Assembly (NCBI RefSeq): GCF_963921235.1
Contig: NC_086097.1
Location: 137,642,001 to 137,702,000 of the forward strand
Direction of reading: 5' to 3'
DNA: 60,000 nucleotides
DNA from: Mobula hypostoma
Lineage: Eukaryota
Under the pieces are notes generated by a model that saw only the letters and a program-made list of their open reading frames with translations, did not search any database and was not told where the DNA came from. The stretch's first letter is position 1; every line of letters starts with the position of its first letter. The position numbers and the translations under genes are program-made. Positions 39,001 through 50,919 of this stretch are shown in pieces.

Positions 39001-40940
39001 CCATGAGAAGGGATAGAAGTTGGAATTGTTCTGCTAGGAGTTGACAGGGTCTTGATGGGCAGGATGGCCTCAACTGTGTTGCAATAAGTAAGAAAGATGG
39101 TAAGGAAATTATTGGAATTGATATATTGGAGATATTGGAGAAAAATAAGGATACTAAGATCCCTACACCTGACAGAGGTGTCATGCATCATAGAGGCATG
39201 ACAAGCCCGGCTTCAGAGAGTAAGAGTCATCTAATAAAATTCTAGTTTAGTACTGTCCCCTCAGTTAGGAAATTTAATACTCTATTCAAGGTAGGAGGAA
39301 GAGAAGTAACAGAGAAGTATGTTTGTAATAAGATAGCTTGTTTTTGAAAAAGAACCAGAAATCATTAGTGAAAGGTCATTTAGAAAATTAATTTGACAGA
39401 ATTACTATGGTTTTATGAAAGGAAATTACATTTGTCATATTTAATACTTTTTGAATATAGCTACCAGCAAGGTAAATAAATACTGGAGAAACCAGGGGAC
39501 AGAATATTTATGAATATTTAAAATTCATTTGATATAATACTGCATTTTAAAAACAATATATTAAGATGTATATTTGGGAGTAATACGTCAGCAAAGAATA
39601 TGGATTGGTTAAAGAATAGAAAATTAGGCAAAGGTATTAATATTGGTCTTTATTCAGGTTGTCAGGCTGTAAACTGGCAGACTGCATTGGGCCCTGGGCT
39701 ACAATTAATCTGCATAAAGGATTGAGATGAAAATAGAGCTTGTGACGTCCAGGTTTTCTGCCACTACAAAACTAGATGAGAAGGTGAGCTTTGAGATGAT
39801 GCAAGCTGTCTAAAAAGGGAACATAAAGGGGCAATGCATTTAGACAAATGCTGGGAAATGAGATTCACTTCACTCCTTTGAAATTAACAAAAAAAAATTA
39901 AGGCAAAAATTCTGGTAAATATTGGCACACGGAGGAACTTTAGCTTCCGAATCTAAAGAAAACTATTCTGACGTCTGAGAAGGCACAGCATTGACTCACA
40001 CTAATAAGATGGTTTCCCTTTGTTTAAAGATTTAGTCTGATAGGCCTGTATTAGAATTTAGTGAAATGAGAAATGATCCCTACAAGAATTGACATTTAGA
40101 TACCCAGAGGATTTCTGACTTGGAGACAATTGGCATATTTTTGGTGGAACTTTACAAAGTACTGGTTGAGATGTACTGGATCGCTGAGCACAGTTCTGGG
40201 TGCTGCAGTATAAGAAAGATGTGATTGCCCCCCAGGGAGTGCAGAGCAGACCCACCAGGATATTGCCTCAACTGGAGGACATCAGTTATGGGGAAATTGG
40301 ATAAGCTGGGATTGTTTTACCTAGAGTGAAGGAGGCTGAGATGATGAGAGCCATTTAAAGGGTAGACAGACAAATCTTAAGCCCATGTCCAGCATATCAG
40401 GAACAAGAGAGTTTTAAAACTGATACGAAGGGCAAGTTTTTTTTAATGTATGAAGAGTGGTTGATAATTGGATCTTGTTACCAGAGGAGGCAGTGAAATC
40501 AGATATAATGACCACACTTAAGAGTCATTTAGACAAATACAAAGAGGCACGACATTAAAGGTTGCCATGGGTGTGGTAAACCAAAGGACCTGTTTCTATG
40601 CTATGTATAATTTATATATAAATCTATAGATAATTTACTGAAATGTAATTGGTGTTGTAATATGACTCTGGTCTTGGAATAAGGGGGTGGTGGGTGTTAG
40701 CAGCTTGAGACCAATATAAGAAATTTCTTCACCAAAATATTCTCAATCTTTGGAGTTTTTAAAAGCAGGTTGCTATCGATCACTTGCCCTTGAGTATATT
40801 TTGAAATGAGTAGATTTTTTGACATCATATCAGGGGATTTGGGGATTGAACAATAAAATAGTCAAGTTATGGAATATGACATAACATTAATCTTGGAGCA
40901 GGCTCTTGGAGTTAAATGTTATGCTTTCTATTCCTATAAT
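36010..40940 (+). mobile_element. Cluster of very old CR1 fragments with younger nested CR1 ends and SINEs
   Basis: Degenerate FRKAFD/RT remnants at 36590-36625 and 39500-39800, LINE C-terminal remnants at 40150-40900, minus-strand CR1 ends at 36685-37035 and 37905-38125. Confidence 0.6.
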
Positions 40941-40942
40941 CA

Positions 40943-41020
40943 ATGGTAATTTATAATACACTGGATATTTTTCCAGTTTTGTGCTGTGAATCCTATATTA
41001 GAATTGAAAATGAAGAAAAG
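40943..41020 (+). pseudogene. TOPAZ1: TOPAZ1 CCCH zinc-finger exon remnant (3' part)
   Basis: YNTLDIFPVLCCESYIRIENEEK vs human [24 protein letters not shown]. Donor position reads tttgcg. Followed 87 nt later by the next expected exon. Confidence 0.55.
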
Positions 41021-41107
41021 TTTGCGTACACTTACCTCTTTGGAACCACTACATTTCAGAGTGGTCATCTGAAAACTTACTTTTCACAAACATTTTACAA
41101 CCTTCAG

Positions 41108-41171
41108 TTTTGTGTGGAGATTGTTCGGAAGCTTATGGCGTCAGGAAATCGGCATTTCTCTCTCTGTGCAG
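41108..41171 (+). pseudogene. TOPAZ1: TOPAZ1 exon remnant
   Basis: ccttcag acceptor. FCVEIVRKLMASGNRHFSLCA (21 aa) aligns without gaps to human [21 protein letters not shown]. No GT at the expected phase-1 donor. Confidence 0.7.
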
Positions 41172-41489
41172 TTTGCTCTGCCACTTTCTGAGAAGTTTTT
41201 ATAAATGCAAAATTGTCGCATTGCCATTTGAGAAAACTGTAATATTTCCTACACCAGTATATCTTTACACTGTATAACTACCTGGCAGTTTCAGTAACAG
41301 CCTTTATTTCAGCCAGGGGAAGGACTGCAAGGGAGAGAGGTGTTTCTGGTTTTTAATATGTCTTATTTGGTGGATTTACTGAAATGTATTTGTGTTTTAA
41401 TTTTTAATTGTCATCGTAGTATTTTAATTGGAAATCAACGAAAAAAATTCTAGTTTGATTATTTTTAAATAATATTGGAAGTTTATTTA

Positions 41490-41760
41490 TTTATTTTTAA
41501 TTTATTGAGATACAGCGCAGAATCAGCCCTTTGACCCAAGCCACCCAGCAATCCCCTGATTCAATCCTAGCCTAATCATGGGACAATTTACAATGACCAA
41601 TTAACCTACCAACTGGTACACCTTTGGACTGTGGGAGGAAACCAGAGCACCTGGAGGAAACCCACATGGTGACGGGGAGAACGTACATACCCCTTACGGG
41701 CAGCGGTGGGAATTGACCCCAGGTCGCTTGTACTATAAAGCATTGTGTTAAGCATGCCAT
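41490..41760 (-). mobile_element. Elasmobranch-type SINE
   Basis: ctttggactgtgggaggaaaccagagcacctggaggaaacccac core. Related copies at about 31100-31310, 51670-51950, 56030-56230 and 56780-56885. Confidence 0.75.
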
Positions 41761-42763
41761 TTATGAATGTCAGATATATTTGTTAACCCCGAGTCTGTGG
41801 CTTAGCCAGCTGGCAAAAATCCGTAATACCATATAGCTAGAAAGCCTCTTACTACACAGACCTTACCAACCAGACTGAAACTGTTATGGTTGAAATACCC
41901 ACTGAAAGATCAAGACAAGGTAATTAAGGATCTGGAGCAAAGCATGTGACACTTACAGAAAGCTCCTAGGAAACATTATGGTAACTGCTCTTGTATTGTT
42001 TATAAGAGAAGCCGGTATTGCAGTTGACAGAAGACAAGAACTACTTTATTGAGAAACTGCATGAAATGAAAACTGAAAAAGAAAGTTAGCTCTCTTGCTT
42101 ATTCCATCCTCTCTTTATTCTCTCTAAATAAGAATCTAGAATTAACTTTGAAAATAACTAAACTGTCTTTTTTCCCCTCCTCTGGGCTACATTACTCAAT
42201 TTGAAAGGGAAACTAAACTAAGAAAATGATTGTCCTCAAATGTTCTGAAACCTGAAATACACTGCTTGAAAGGAAGGCAGAGGTAGTTTCAGTAATAACT
42301 TTTGCACGGATGCTTTTTGCAGGGTGACAGAGAAGGAATTAATTACATAATTGAATCAAAGCCAATATTAGTAGATGCGTGATAACTTTTTCTTTATCAT
42401 TCTATCACTAATGGTATATGATCTAATGGTATAAGGAGAGACATTAGTAAAATGTCAAAATTTTGCCACGAGTTGACAAAGGTGAATTATCTATATGGAT
42501 CCAGCCACATAAATTGAACTGAAAAGGGCTTGCAAGGAAGGGTGAAATTCAAACTTAATGTGGAACAATAACATACAAGCTTCAGTTTGACTTGTTTTAA
42601 TTGGAAAGTCGTGGTAGATTTGTTATAAAATTTGTGGGCCCGATGACCTACCAAGTTAGTTGTGTGGAAAGTCTTCTCTCATTAAGCAAGCAAATTGATA
42701 TCAATGAAAACATGAGAAAATTAGCAACGAAAGAACACATTTGTTTTTTTCTTTACTACTCAG

Positions 42764-42919
42764 AAAGAATATTTCAAAACTACCACAGAATTTTTCAGCC
42801 TGACATTTACCAGAATAGTCAAGTGATGAATAGACTGCTTGCTTTTGACATTGCTGAAGTTGCAAAGGTGCCAAGACCCATTTGAAATACTCAGTCTGGC
42901 CATAAACATGAACATTCTG
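42764..42919 (+). pseudogene. TOPAZ1: TOPAZ1 exon remnant with 4-nt duplication frameshift
   Basis: ERIFQNYHRIFQPDIYQNSQVMNRLL / LTLLKLQRCQDPFEILSLAINMNIL vs human [51 protein letters not shown]. A duplicated gctt shifts the frame. Donor reads ttgagt. Confidence 0.8.
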
Positions 42920-44899
42920 TTGAGTACTTAATAAATGTTAATATATCGCCGTATCTCGGCATTGGATAATGTGCAGAATAACTAAAGACTGACTGTTTCA
43001 CTGAGCTGGAATGTTTCAGTGCCTGCTGTCTTAGCATGACCGATGTTGTAAAAGGGTATTATGAATGAATCCTTTCTTAGGCAGTGTGTTACCAGACAGT
43101 ATCAGTTTTTAAAAATAATTACAGTTGAATTGTAAGCCATTAAATTCGATCAGTTGCAAATATCATAACTTTTTATTTGGACTGAATTCTGAATATTTAA
43201 GCTTCAAAACACCAGGTAGAATTGTTAAATTACAGGTAGGTGGTGGTGCGTGGAAACTGTTTCAGGAAATAAGAGAGTAAGAAATTTTCACAGGAAACTT
43301 CCCTACAAAAAGTGAACACCTTTCTCTTGAAACTTAGGAAACCTTTCAAACTGTTTTTTCCTTTACTTTAGAGCTTTAGACTTGCTGAAACTGTTTTGGA
43401 ATTGAAGTGAGGGTAAATGTTTACTGTCACGAGTTTTTGTTAATAATTATTAGACATTTGGAAATGTTATGTCCTAATAGAACACATAGTGCAATTCTAA
43501 TTATTAGGTATGAATCCACTATGCCAGACTCAAAATTCCTAACACATGCTGGACCATTCTATAGATCAGCTGCTAAAGCTTATGTCTCGTGATCCTGCTC
43601 AGAGTTTTGGGGGTAAAAAAACTACCTCACTGATTAATTCATACCAATTATCAGAATTTTTCTACATGCAATCTACTGTATGCTGCTTTTTCAGTATTGG
43701 TGACCATCACATGTCTTTGTGAAAATTGGTATTCATCTTTATCCTTTCCAAAACAAAATCTACAGGACAGGGATCTTATCCTGTTATCTAACCACTGTCT
43801 AACCCCTCTTGTGCTTTCCCTACTCTTTCTATGACTGGCCGGTTTATGTTCTGCAGAAAGGCAGATGTACCAGAAATCAGCAAAAGAGAAGATAATCTAA
43901 AATTCAGAGTGTGGAGCATGGAGAGAATTAAATTGGAGAAGGAACAGACAAGATGGAGTGGAATGTGAAATGAGCAATGGGGTAGTTACAGAAAGGAGAG
44001 TCTCATATTTTATCTCTCTCTGAAACACCACAAAGTGTAGTACTTAAAATATTTATCAGAGTAGTATTCTTTGAATCATTCCATCTAGGAGGCAGCAGTT
44101 CACTTCCCTGTGTACAGAATCTGTTACAAAGCTTCCCAATGGTCCTATACTCCACTTTGTCCATGACTACTTAAATTTCAAACCTATATCCAACTGCCCT
44201 TTGAAAAATTAATTATGACCCTCCTTCTACCTACCTCTCAGACAATGCATGCAATGACATAATTGTGAAAAATCATCTACCTCAATCTCTGTGATTCTTT
44301 TAAAACTGCATCCTCTGTCAGTTTTGAATCTGAATCGGGTTTATTATCACTGGCATCTGTCATGAAATTTGTTGTTTTGTGGCAGCAGTACAGTGCAGGC
44401 CATAAAAATTACTATAAGTTACGGAAAAAAATAGTGACAAAGAGGAATAATGAGGTAGCGTTCATGGGTTCATGGATCGTCAGGAATCTGGCAGAGAGGA
44501 GAAGCTGTTTCTAAAGCATTGACTGTGGGTCTTCAGGCTCCAGTGCCTCCTTTTTGATGGTAGTAACGAGAAAAGGGCACGTCCTGGTGGTGATGGTCCC
44601 TAATGATGGATGCCACCTTCTAGATGCACTGCTCCTTGAAGGTGTCCTCAGTGACGGGGAGGGTTGTGCCCCTGATGGAGCAGACTGAGTCTGCAACCCT
44701 CTGCAGACTCTCCTTTCCATAACTACCCCATTGCTCATCTCACATTCCACTCCATCTTGTCAGTCCTGGTCACTGGAGCCTCCGCACCAGGCAGGATGTA
44801 ACCACTCAGAATGCTACCCACCATGCATCTGTAGAGATCTAGTGACATACCAAATCTCTCTAAACTCCAAAAGAAGTGGAGCCTCTGGCATCTTTCATG

Positions 44900-45235
44900 A
44901 TGATCAACTTAGTTGCTGGAGAAGAATGGCACTTGTAAGAGAGGCTACAGTGACTCTGAGTGAGCTGAAGTCAGAGGCTGCAACTGGAGACGAAGTTCAT
45001 GGCTCCACAATCTCTAAGGCCTTGCACTAACAGGGTATTGGTGGAAGAGTGGCTAAGAAGAAGCTGTGGTTGAAAAAAACATATCCTTGCCCGTAAGTAC
45101 TTTCCAAAGCATCTCTTAGAAGTTACTGTAAAGATATGGAAGAAGGTGTGGTTGGATGAGACTAAAGAAGAACTTTTTGGCCTCAACACTATTTGGTACA
45201 AATGCCATAAATCTACTACTGTGCGTCAGCCAGAA
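44900..45235 (+). mobile_element. Internal Tc1 transposase fragment
   Basis: RRMALVREAT, GRVAKKK, W..V.WLDETK.ELFG remnants; no TIRs seen. Confidence 0.7.
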
Positions 45236-45433
45236 AGCTTAAACTGGGGAGGAAATTAGAAAGAGTCTTTTTAACTCTGACTTATCATACTTCAGACTTC
45301 ACTAGCTGTCTAGCCTTTTTCCATTCTATAATGTTGTCCACTTCTGCCATAAAGTTTGCTCTTAATCTGTATCAGTCTTAGTTGTAATGATATTTATTTC
45401 TCAGTAAAACTAGGAAAAAAATTTTTTTTAAAT

Positions 45434-45487
45434 CTTTTGAAATCAGGTTTACATGTAGATGCTGAAACCTTTGGTTTTGTTGACAAA
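45434..45487 (+). pseudogene. TOPAZ1: TOPAZ1 exon remnant (5' part only)
   Basis: LLKSGLHVDAETFGFVDK vs human LVEAGMVLDPEHFNYIVK. Preceded by a T tract ending aat instead of ag. Similarity is lost afterwards. Confidence 0.5.
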
Positions 45488-45864
45488 TCAAAGATAAAGT
45501 GGAGTTTTGAATTTGTATTTCAAATATTCCAAATAACATTGTGGATAAAGATTGGATTTCCTTGTGTCCGTTGCTACCACTTCATCACTCACCACATCCC
45601 TCTGCCCCAGCTCCCTGGGAGACTCCCAACACTCACTGTCGATTTGCCGTCTGATTTCCAGTAGTCACAACACTATTTGATTTTTGTGGTAGTTTATCTT
45701 TCAAGGCTGCAAACTTAAAAAAAAACAGCCTTTTGTTTCTGGTGGGGCAGAGATTAGAGAGACATCTTTCACCAAAACTGAATAAAAACAGTTTCCATTA
45801 GAACTCCCTTTATTTTCAACTATAGCTGTTGATACCGTATATTGCCATTCTTATTTTATTGTAG

Positions 45865-45928
45865 ATCGAAATCATAGAAACTGTCTTCAATGATATTGTT
45901 GGACTACTCTTCTGTTAAAGCTGCAGAG
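45865..45928 (+). pseudogene. TOPAZ1: TOPAZ1 short exon remnant with stop
   Basis: ttattgtag acceptor and gt donor, phase 2 to 0. RSKS*KLSSMILLDYSSVKAAE sits where human has [23 protein letters not shown]. Weak similarity but the position and phase fit. Confidence 0.5.
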
Positions 45929-46397
45929 GTTCACAATAATTTGTCATTAAGAAGAATTTATGATAGGTGATACAATTTTAGCTTACTAGTGACACAGGCA
46001 TTGAAAAATTAATTTTTAAAACAATGCTGTTCTGTTGGAAGTGTTAACTGGATGCTAAGCCAAGGTACTGAGTCCCTTCCAGATGGATGCAAAGGAACCA
46101 GTGACACCAATTTTACAGAAGAACGACGAGTTCTTCCCAGTGCTTTACCATTTCAAAGTATTATCTAATTGTAATGGAAGTGGTGTTTTTTGATTGCCAA
46201 GGATTGTAAATAACAACAGCTGTCATCAAATGCACCTCACTGGCTATATAATATTTTGGAACTTTTGAGGTCAGGAAATATAATATAGAATCACCACATT
46301 CCCACCTATTAGGCAATGTGTTCTGTACTACACTGTGCAAATTAAGTATAACTAGATTTTTGACTATTTTCATTTCTGATCTTATTTTGTTTTACAG

Positions 46398-46569
46398 CAA
46401 TATAAAAAAAAAGGATAATGGAACAGAATGAGAATTTTATTTCAAAGTTTACTTCAGAATTACGATGCCCAAAGTGAACTCCTTAGGATTGCCTCTTGAA
46501 TTGCAGTGGATCTTATGAAAAGCAAGGGTAATGGAGCCATGGTCCCTTTCTAGAAATTTGCAAAAGCAG
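46398..46569 (+). pseudogene. TOPAZ1: TOPAZ1 exon remnant with three in-frame stops
   Basis: ttttacag acceptor. QYKKKG*WNRMRILFQSLLQNYDAQSELLRIAS*IAVDLMKSKGNGAMVPF*KFAKA vs human [58 protein letters not shown]. Donor reads ctgata. Confidence 0.85.
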
Positions 46570-48224
46570 CTGATAAATGTTAGTATTGATATTGTTACTA
46601 AATGGCTTGCAGATTGGACTACAAAATCAGGTACACCCAGGATCCAGGCCAACACCAGTGGGTGTGCAACTTTACGCTAGTTCTTCTCAGTATATTGGGA
46701 CATTTTATTGTAGCTTTAATTGGCACAAATACTGCAAGAATATTGGCAGTCTTTAATCATGTCTTTCTCTTACTTGTTTATCTTCAAATATGTGGATAAT
46801 CCATCTAGAGGCTAATAGGTTCCGGATCCCTTGTGGTTGACATTGTTGAAAGCAGTTATTTCTTGTAGAGGTACAGTTCTCTGAACCTTCTGGTTATTTC
46901 CTCTGGATAACATTCCTCATTTGTGTTCAGTGTACTGTTCTATGAAAAGTTGGTTCACAACCAAGCCTGACTTTGTCCTTAACTAATATCCACAAACGCA
47001 TAAAGGAATCATTTGGCATTTGCTCAAATGCAACAACCCTTTTTCAGCTGTGAGTCTTCAAGCCTATTACAGAGATTAAATGTTATGGCTTATGGGTTTT
47101 CCTCAATCTCACTAAAATACTTCCTGCTTTACCTGTATTTCACGGAATGGTCTTAGTCATTTCCTTTGCATTTACTCTTACACCATGTGACTTTTCAGAC
47201 TGCCTTGTAAATGGTTCTGAAGAATATCAAAGAAATCATTAGCACAGAAGTGTTCTTGAAGGGTTTTTTGGAACAGGAACTGTGCAAAGGTTTGGAAAGG
47301 CAGAGAATTGGAGGGCCCAAGCACCGAAAGTACAACAAATATAAGGCATTGCAAGGCCAAAGAGTGGATAAAGACACTCCATAATTTTGAGACAAGCAAC
47401 TGATATGATGCTGGAGAGAGCAGATAAGGAATGCGGAAAAAGCCACAGAGACACGTTGAAATCTGAAGTAAAGCCAATCTCGAGCTCAGGATCGAGCAAC
47501 GATTGTAGGAGAAAGGGATTGTTGATATCTCTGGTCAAGCTTGTTCATCGTGCTGACCAGAAGCATCAGCTGCCCCTTGCATCCACCTGAGGAAGCTGGT
47601 TGGTGTAGGGTTGATATTACTTGGCCATTTCCCCTTGACTTAAACCACTTGCAGAGCAAATTTATTTCCAGCCAAAGACTGGAGAGAGATGTAAATTATT
47701 TCTCGGGTCTCAGGAGTCACGTCTCACAAAGAACGAAATTCACCATTATCTACGTCATTCTTTGTGAGATGTGACTCCTGAGATCTGAGAAATAATTTAC
47801 ATTTTTACTTCTGGCAAGCTTCTCTTTGAATGGATTGAGGCAACCAAAGTTATCTCTTTAATCCTCTCGAGCACGGGTTCCTAACCTGGTGTTCACGGAC
47901 CCATTACTCAATGGTATTGGACCATGACATAAAACCCCTGCACCAGAGTCATTGGCAAAATCAAACAACATCAATGTTCTTTCCTGGATCAATGTACCCA
48001 GAACTGAGATCCTATGACACTCACTTGGGACGCAACATTATTCACATGGCTCCTAAAACTCCAACCATGATAAATGGTTAAAAGAAGACAGGGGAAAAGA
48101 TTTGAAGTTGTTGTCAGAGGCTCAGTGGGAAGAGTTGACCATTCAACACAGGTGACAGGATGGCCCTTAAGAGGAAAGAGAGGTGAAGAGGTAAAAGGTA
48201 GTTAGATGGTAGGTGAGCCCCTCC

Positions 48225-49740
48225 CCTTTTCCCGGTTTTGTTTCACCTAGCACCTACCACCTTGTTCTTCTTCCTCCCCTCCCCCCACCTTCTTGCTTTG
48301 ACTTCTCACCTTTTGTCCCAGTCCAGATAAAGGGTCTCAGCCTGGGATGTTGCCAGTTTACACTTTTCCACAGATGCTGCCTGATCTGCTGAGTTCCTCC
48401 AGCGTTTTGTGTGTGTTGCTTGGGTAAAGAGGTTAGAGGGATAAGGGGAAATACGGTGGGGGGGGCAGGTGGGGGGGGTGGTTGTTGATGCTGTCAGATT
48501 GAAGACTACCAAGATAGAATATAAGGTGTTGCCTCTCCAATTTGCGTCTGGCCTCAATGTGGCAGTAAAGGAGGGCGTGGACAGATGTGTCAGTGTGGGA
48601 ATGGGAAGCAGAGTCAAAATGGCTGCCGATAGGGAAATTCTATCGGCGCAAGGATGCTCAACAAACCTCAATATCTATAATTCCAAAACCCACAAACCTA
48701 ACTACTCCAGAAGGCCCATTGTTTCTGCCTGCTCCTGCCTCACTGAATTCGTGTCCTCTTATCTTGACTCACCTTTGTCCCTGCAACCATACCCTAAGCC
48801 TCCTTCCTCACTACTGTCCAGTTGCCTAAACAGTTCTTCCAGATGAGACAGCATTCTGTATGTGACCCTATCAGGGTTGCTTATTGTATCCAGGGTTCCT
48901 GGTGTGGCCTCCTCAACACCACTAAGACACGGTGCAGATTGGGGATTGCTTTGAGCACCTTTTCTCTGTCTACCGTAACAGCTAGGATCTCCTGGTCACC
49001 GGTCGCTTTAATTCCGCTTTCCATTCCCACACTGATGCCTCCTCTACTGAGGCCAGACACAGACTGGAGGAGCAGCACCCCGTACTGCATCGTGGTAGTC
49101 TTCAGCCTGATGGCATCAATGGAATCAGAGTTAAGTTTATTATCACTAACGCATGTCATGAAAGTTGCAGCTTAGCAGCAGTAGTGCAGTGCAGGACATA
49201 CAACTAGTTATGTTGATAAAATGATGAACAAATGATGAATCTTGGACCATTCAGAATTCTGAAGGCAGAGGGGAAGAAGCTGTTCTTGAAATATTGAATG
49301 TGCGTTAATTTCTCCAACTCCCGGTAACAACTCCCCTCTGTTTCCTCCCTCCCCTTCTGTTTTCCCTCATCCCGCTGGCCTCTTTACCCCTTTCTCTTTC
49401 CCATCTACCACCTTCACGACATGCCCACTACCGACACCTTCTTCCTTCTGGTTCCCTTACTCACATCAGATTCCTCCTTCTTCAGCCGTCTGCTGCTTCC
49501 ACCTTTCACCTTCCAGCCTCACGTCATCCCTTTCACATCTCCCCACCTTCCTACTTTCCCCCTCACCTCGATTCACCCGTCACCCATGCTCCTCTCTCTT
49601 CCCCACACCATTCTATTCTGGCTTCTGACTTTTCTTCATTCATGAAGAGTCTCAGCCCAAAACATTGACTCTTCATCTCCCTCCCTAGACGCTGCCTGGC
49701 CTTCTGACTTGCTCCAGCATTTTGTGTGTGTTGCTGCAAG
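48225..49740. mobile_element. Penelope-like element remnants (GIY-YIG region, pseudo-LTR ends)
   Basis: RPIVSACSC RT-start motif; VAYCI..S.CGLL...KT.CRLG GIY-YIG remnant; repeated gatgctgcctg..ctgctgagttcctccagc ends; internal inverted copy. Confidence 0.65.
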
Positions 49741-49829
49741 TGTTATTGCAATTGGTGATCAGCACTCATTTTATATAACTTTGCTGGTTAGGTATTTTTA
49801 GTAACAATGACTTCTCATTGCCCTGCAGG

Positions 49830-50489
49830 AGGGAGGAGAAGGTGGCGATGCGATGCGACGCAGCGTGCGCGGCTGATACGATGCGCGGTATCGTATGTGT
49901 TAACTAAGGGGCCGTGCACAATCCTGATTTGATGGAGACAGCTGTGAGAAGCACGGAGGAACATCTGGAGTAACTTCTGAAATGCCCGCTTTGCTGCCGC
50001 TGCTACTGTGCGATCGCAAATCTCCGGAGGGGAAGGCCCCAAATCCTCGGCTTTGCCTATTGCCTGTTGCCGGGGCCGGGGTCGAAGCACTCGACAGAGA
50101 TGGTGCTCGGTGCTCGGTGTCGGAGAGGTGGTCGGAGGCTCAGAGTTTTCGGACGGACTCGGAGTCGGACTGTGGTCGGATGCTTCCGGGATGCTGCATC
50201 GGCAAGTTTGCGGCGCTGGAGGTTTACCGTCTGTGTGAGATGATGGGACTTTGGAAAGACTTTGAGACTTTTTACCGTGCCATGGTCTGTTCTTTATCAA
50301 ATTATGGTATTGCTTTGCACTGCTGTAACTATATGTTACAATTATGTGCTTTTTGTCAGTTTTTCAGTTGGTTTGTCATGTGTTTCTGTGATATCATTCT
50401 GGAGAAACATTGTATCATTTCTTAATGCATGCATTATTAAATGACAATAAAAGAGGACTGCATGTCCTCATAATCTAATCTAATCTAAT
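49830..50489 (+). mobile_element. Young non-autonomous retroposon with (taatc)n tail
   Basis: CpG-rich body, aataaa, then taatctaatctaatctaa; ends about 50 nt before a TOPAZ1 exon. Confidence 0.65.
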
Positions 50490-50537
50490 ATAACATTTTA
50501 GAAATTATAATGTAGAAATTGTGCTTTGTGTTTACAG

Positions 50538-50740
50538 GTACCTTGGATGTAACACCATATACCAGGATTTTCAACAACTTTCTCAATCAGTGGATCCAGA
50601 ATAATTGTCTAGGTGCATCTTCTGGCACAGTAGAGTTCATGAGGACAAAGAACATTCCCATAAACTTTTCAACTGGAAGAAACGTAATTACAGCTCTGGG
50701 CAGGTCCAATTTGTGGCAGAAAGCAAAACTCAGTGTAAGA
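50538..50740 (+). pseudogene. TOPAZ1: TOPAZ1 exon remnant (203 nt, 1-nt deletion near the end)
   Basis: tttacag ... gtaagt. TLDVTPYTRIFNNFLNQWIQNNCLGASSGTVEFMRTKNIPINFSTGRNVITALGRSNLWQKAK vs human [63 protein letters not shown]. Length is not a multiple of 3. Confidence 0.9.
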
Positions 50741-50839
50741 GTAAGTCTGCAGTGTTTGGGGCACCCAGGCTAAATACTTCTTCTGTCTGAAATTTGTTCT
50801 GTCAACTGCTCATTTCTGATAGGCTCTGTTTGTTTAGAC

Positions 50840-50919
50840 AGAGGGTTCCCAACCTTTCTTACGCCATGGCCCAATACCATTAAGCAAGGAGTCTATGGAC
50901 CCCAGGCTGGGAACCCCTG
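50840..50919. mobile_element. hAT-type MITE (about 80 bp)
   Basis: gggttccca...tgggaacccctg inverted ends; 8-bp TSD GTTTAGAC. Related decayed copy at about 47872-47940. Confidence 0.8.

Noticed and set aside
42960..43056. Possible TOPAZ1 exon (SVPAVL resembling AVPALI)
   Set aside because: Similarity is too weak and the implied intron is implausibly short.
49815..50425. 161-aa and 147-aa overlapping ORFs, or a CpG island
   Set aside because: They lie within a young GC-rich retroposon with a microsatellite tail, and show no recognisable protein motif.
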